Shown in pieces: positions 60,373-64,000 of a stretch of DNA of 64,000 nucleotides. Numbering within the stretch: the stretch's first letter is position 1; each line of letters opens with the position of its first letter. The notes beneath the pieces are model-generated. The model had not been told where the DNA came from. It saw nothing but the letters and a program-made list of their open reading frames with translations, and searched no databases. The stretch lies in the sequence record SRR20825019_2198. One strand, 5' to 3'. The translations under genes and the position numbers were made by a program.

Positions 60373-61134
60373 ATGGTACTTCAAAACAAAGTAGCCCTTA
60401 TTGTGGGGGCAAGCGCAGGCATCGGGCGCGCCACTGCCCTGCTTTTTGCAGAAAAAGGTGCCCATGTTGTGGTGGGCGCGCGGCGGCAGGACGCGCTAGA
60501 TGAACTGGTGGCGGAGATCACCGCCTCAGGCGGCACAGCATACGCGCTCGCGGGTGACGCAAGTAATGAAACCTATGCCCAAAAGCTGTGCGAGGCAGCC
60601 GTCGAACGCTTCGGCGGCCTTGATATCGCCATGCACTGCGCAGGCGCCCTCGGCAAATTGGGCCCCACCGCTGAGATGAACGAAACCAACTGGCATAATG
60701 TCATCAACGTGAACCTGACCGGCGCCTTTCTGGGCGCAAAACATCAATTGCCCTTGATGGAGAAACGCGGCAGCGGCTCGCTTATCCTCACATCGTCCTT
60801 CGTTGGTTACACGGCGGGCATGCCCGGCATGGCCGCTTATGCTGCGGCAAAGGCTGGTATGGTGGGGCTGATGAAGTCGCTTGCTGTCGAGTATGGCCCT
60901 AGGGGTGTGCGGGTTAACGCGTTGCTGCCCGGCGGCACAGACACAGATATGGCGGCCGAGTTTGCCAGCACACCGGAAGAGAAGGCATTCGTGCGTGGCC
61001 TGCATGCTCTTGAGCGTATCGCCACACCGGAGGAGATTGCCCAAAGCGCACTCTATCTTGCGTCCGACGCCTCAAGCTTCACAACAGGCCATGCCATGCT
61101 TGTGGACGGCGGTGTTTCCATCAAAAAGGGTTAG
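60373..61134 (+). CDS. Short-chain dehydrogenase/reductase
   Basis: GASAGIG, NVNL, YAAAK, VRVNALLPG, VDGG. Confidence 0.95.
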   Translation: MVLQNKVALIVGASAGIGRATALLFAEKGAHVVVGARRQDALDELVAEITASGGTAYALAGDASNETYAQKLCEAAVERFGGLDIAMHCAGALGKLGPTAEMNETNWHNVINVNLTGAFLGAKHQLPLMEKRGSGSLILTSSFVGYTAGMPGMAAYAAAKAGMVGLMKSLAVEYGPRGVRVNALLPGGTDTDMAAEFASTPEEKAFVRGLHALERIATPEEIAQSALYLASDASSFTTGHAMLVDGGVSIKKG

Positions 61135-61161
61135 GCTGCCCTATAACAAAACCCAATAACA

Positions 61162-61196
61162 AAAAGCCCGGCGGGAAACCGCCGGGCTCTTGCATT
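61162..61196. terminator. Terminator hairpin, copy 2 of a 35-bp direct repeat
   Basis: AAAAGCCCGGCGGGAAACCGCCGGGCTCTTGCATT. Confidence 0.8.
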
Positions 61197-61214
61197 CTGA
61201 GTTATAACGCCTGT

Positions 61215-62318
61215 TTATGCGGCGTTGGATAATTTCTGAAAACGCTTGAGGTGATGGTCCGTATCACCAAACCAGTGGTCGATCATCACAAGCCTCTTGG
61301 CCACATGCGCGAGCGTCAGCTCCCACGTCACACCAATGCCGCCATGCATCTGCACAGCCTCTTCCGCCACCATGCGACCGATACGGCCGGTGAGTGCCTT
61401 GGCTGCAGACAAATGCTTCTCGCTGTCTTCGCTTTCCAGCTTTGACGCCGCGAGCAGCACGATCGAACGCGCCTGTTCGATCTCAAGGCACATATCCACC
61501 ATGCGGTGTTGCAGCACCTGAAACTTGCCAATTGGCACACCAAACTGGGTGCGGGTGCGCAAATACTCAAGCGTGGCGTCACGCGCGTTTTCCATTGCGC
61601 CAAGGCTTTCCGCACATAAGGCAAAGGTGCCTCGCGCGATGGCCCGAGCGAGAATACCCTCTGCCGCCGCGCCGGTTGCCAGCACATCGTCGGCGTTGAC
61701 CGCAACACCGTCAAAGCTGACTTCAGCAGCAGAGAAACCGTCATGGGTTTTATAGCTTCGCAGGCTCATGCCGTCCGCATCTTTGGATACAAGAACAAGC
61801 GCAAGGCCATCATCGCCTTTGGCGGAAACGATAAGCGTATCTGCCTGCCCGCCACCAATCACCACAGATTTAGCGCCAGTAAGTTTGCCACCCTTTAGGC
61901 TGCAATCCACCTTGTCCGCATTATAGCGGGCGCCGGGTTCATAGTGCGCGAGCGCAAGCAGATGTCCGCCCGCAACCACATCATCCAAAAGCGCGGGGCC
62001 ACGGCCCGCTGCCTCTTCTTCCGCCAGCATGCCAGCGCCCAAAACGGCGGTCGCGAGGAAAGGTTCCACCACGATGCCGCGGCCCAGTTCTTCCATCACC
62101 ACCATGATATCGATACCGGTGCCGCCAAGGCCGCCAACACGTTCCGGCAACACAGCAGCTACAAGGCCAAGCTCAGCTAGCTCAGCCCATATCTCAGGCG
62201 AATATCCGGCCTCAGACTTGATGATTTTGTCGCGGGTTTCAAAGTCGTACTTCTGGCGCACAAATTTGGCGACCATGTCCTTGAGAAGGCTGTGGTCTTC
62301 AGAGAGCTTAAAATCCAT
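61215..62318 (-). CDS. Acyl-CoA dehydrogenase, small (PimD-like) subunit
   Basis: RTQFGVPIGKFQVLQHRMVDM, AVQMHGGIG; adjacent to the partner ACAD. Confidence 0.9.
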   Translation of the reverse strand: MDFKLSEDHSLLKDMVAKFVRQKYDFETRDKIIKSEAGYSPEIWAELAELGLVAAVLPERVGGLGGTGIDIMVVMEELGRGIVVEPFLATAVLGAGMLAEEEAAGRGPALLDDVVAGGHLLALAHYEPGARYNADKVDCSLKGGKLTGAKSVVIGGGQADTLIVSAKGDDGLALVLVSKDADGMSLRSYKTHDGFSAAEVSFDGVAVNADDVLATGAAAEGILARAIARGTFALCAESLGAMENARDATLEYLRTRTQFGVPIGKFQVLQHRMVDMCLEIEQARSIVLLAASKLESEDSEKHLSAAKALTGRIGRMVAEEAVQMHGGIGVTWELTLAHVAKRLVMIDHWFGDTDHHLKRFQKLSNAA

Positions 62319-62335
62319 TGTGTGTCACCCTTCCC

Positions 62336-63535
62336 TTAAAGCCCAAGGATCATCTTGGAGATGATGTTGCGCTGAATCTCGTTCGAGCCGCCATAGATGG
62401 AATATTTCCGGCGGTTGAAATAATGGCCCGCGAAGCTGTTCGCGCCCTCTGGCCCGACGGGTTCCTCGTTGGACCCTGGCAGCTCCAGCTCTGGCATGAA
62501 CGGCAGGGCGTATGGGCCTACTGCGCGGCGCAAGAGGTCTGAAATTTCCTGCCGGATGACCGAGCCCTTAATCTTGAGCATGGAGCTTTCCGCCCCCGGT
62601 GCACCACCGGCTTGTGCCTGTGCCAGCACCCGCAGGTTGGTGAGCTCCATCGCCATCAAATCAAGTTCAACGTTGGCAATACGGGTTGCGAACGCGGGGT
62701 CGTTGATCAGCATGGTGCCGTCGCCCGCGTCTGTCTCGCCCGCGATACGCTTGAGCTTCTTCAGGCCTTCTTTGGCTGCTGCCACGCCCGCGATGCCAAC
62801 ACGTTCATGCTGCAGCAGGTATTTTGCGTAGGTCCAGCCCTTGTTTTCTTCACCCACCAAATTCTCGGCAGGGACTTTCACGTCAGAGAAGAAAACCTCG
62901 TTAACTTCATGCCCGCCCTCAATGGTGATGATGGGGCGCATTTCAACACCCGGGGTGTTGATATCGATCAGAAGGAAAGAGATACCTTCCTGCGGCTTGC
63001 CTGTCGCGGATGTGCGCACAAGGCAGAAAATCCAGTCCGCATACTGGCCCATGGTTGTCCATGTTTTCTGGCCGTTGACGATATAATGGTCACCGTCACG
63101 CACCGCCTTTGTCTTGAGGCTTGCGAGGTCTGAGCCTGAACCTGGCTCGGAATAACCCTGACACCACCAGTCGTCACAATTGAGGATGCGAGGCAGGTAA
63201 TGGGCCTTCTGCTCTTTTGACCCGAAGGCAATGAGCACAGGGCCCAGCATGTTGAGACCAAAGGGTGGCAACTCGGGCGCACCGGCCTTCACGCATTCCT
63301 CTTCAAAAATGTGCTTCTGAAACGGTGTAAACCCGGACCCGCCATATTCCTTTGGCCAAGTGTGTACCGCCCAGCCCTTTTCAACCAATATGCGTTGCCA
63401 GGTAATATAGTCCTCGCGCGCTGGCATCCGGCCCGCTTTTACCGCTTTTGAGATATGAGCCGGTAATTTTGCTTCCAAAAATGCCCGGACCTCCTCGCGG
63501 AAGTTCAGATCTTCCTGTGTATATTCAAGACGCAT
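62336..63535 (-). CDS. Acyl-CoA dehydrogenase, large (PimC-like) subunit
   Basis: WCQGYSEPGSGSDLASL, NGQKTWTT, SIYGGSNEIQRNII. Confidence 0.93.
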   Translation of the reverse strand: MRLEYTQEDLNFREEVRAFLEAKLPAHISKAVKAGRMPAREDYITWQRILVEKGWAVHTWPKEYGGSGFTPFQKHIFEEECVKAGAPELPPFGLNMLGPVLIAFGSKEQKAHYLPRILNCDDWWCQGYSEPGSGSDLASLKTKAVRDGDHYIVNGQKTWTTMGQYADWIFCLVRTSATGKPQEGISFLLIDINTPGVEMRPIITIEGGHEVNEVFFSDVKVPAENLVGEENKGWTYAKYLLQHERVGIAGVAAAKEGLKKLKRIAGETDAGDGTMLINDPAFATRIANVELDLMAMELTNLRVLAQAQAGGAPGAESSMLKIKGSVIRQEISDLLRRAVGPYALPFMPELELPGSNEEPVGPEGANSFAGHYFNRRKYSIYGGSNEIQRNIISKMILGL

Positions 63536-64000
63536 GTCTGCCCATCCATTTGTTGTGGTGTTTGTTGTTCCATCAAGTAGAACGACAAACGAGGCCTTCA
63601 AGCCCGAAATTCACGTATAACTGATTCGGCTATCCGCGCGCAGAGCAGTGTATCAGCCTTAAGGCTGCATTTCTTGTCTCGTCATGGCCAAATCAGCTCA
63701 ACTGAGGGTTTATAGTTTTTCTTTATGAAATACGCGCCCAAGCCGATCTTTACTTAAAAATTTACCAATATACAGCCAAATCATCGTAATTGATGATGAA
63801 ACAATTAACGGTGTCGTTATAGTATTTACCGAAATTTAACTATAATCATATAAAATTTAACTAAATATTAAGTGAAAAATAATTCTGATCCAAATAAACT
63901 GGATTTTCGTACCAAATTTGGTTATGAATTACTTGATGAATATAAGCCTATTCATTCCATGCCCTGAATAAAATCCGCCGGCTAGCTGAAGGGGTCACAA

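Noticed and set aside
156-63282. Numerous long antisense or alternative-frame ORFs in the track (e.g. 33163-34107, 48474-49400, 56900-57799)
   Set aside because: They are shadows of well-supported genes in GC-rich DNA, with no motifs or RBS.

Overview
GC-rich alphaproteobacterial chromosomal window. A marine, Kordiimonas-like origin is inferred from gene content, not proven. Nutrient scavenging dominates: six TonB-dependent receptors, a two-domain TonB-C protein, S41/S9/CocE/D-aminoacylase/BNR hydrolases, and an N-acetylgalactosamine (aga) locus with visible AgaR-type operators. Also present are a LemA-DUF2207 x2 operon, solute-binding proteins, DMT/LysE exporters and a pair of acyl-CoA dehydrogenases. 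No rRNA, tRNA, CRISPR array or intact mobile element was seen. The most striking unexplained feature is at 46.5-48.42 kb on the minus strand. It runs: sigma70-type promoter, unannotated 33-aa leader ORF lying over mutually exclusive anti-antiterminator/antiterminator/terminator helices (a classic translation-coupled attenuator layout), ~270-nt structured spacer, three small genes resembling orphan toxin-immunity proteins (unknown, DUF4279-like, DUF4926-like), and a structured 3' RNA. All family assignments come from motif recognition by eye; no database searches were run.
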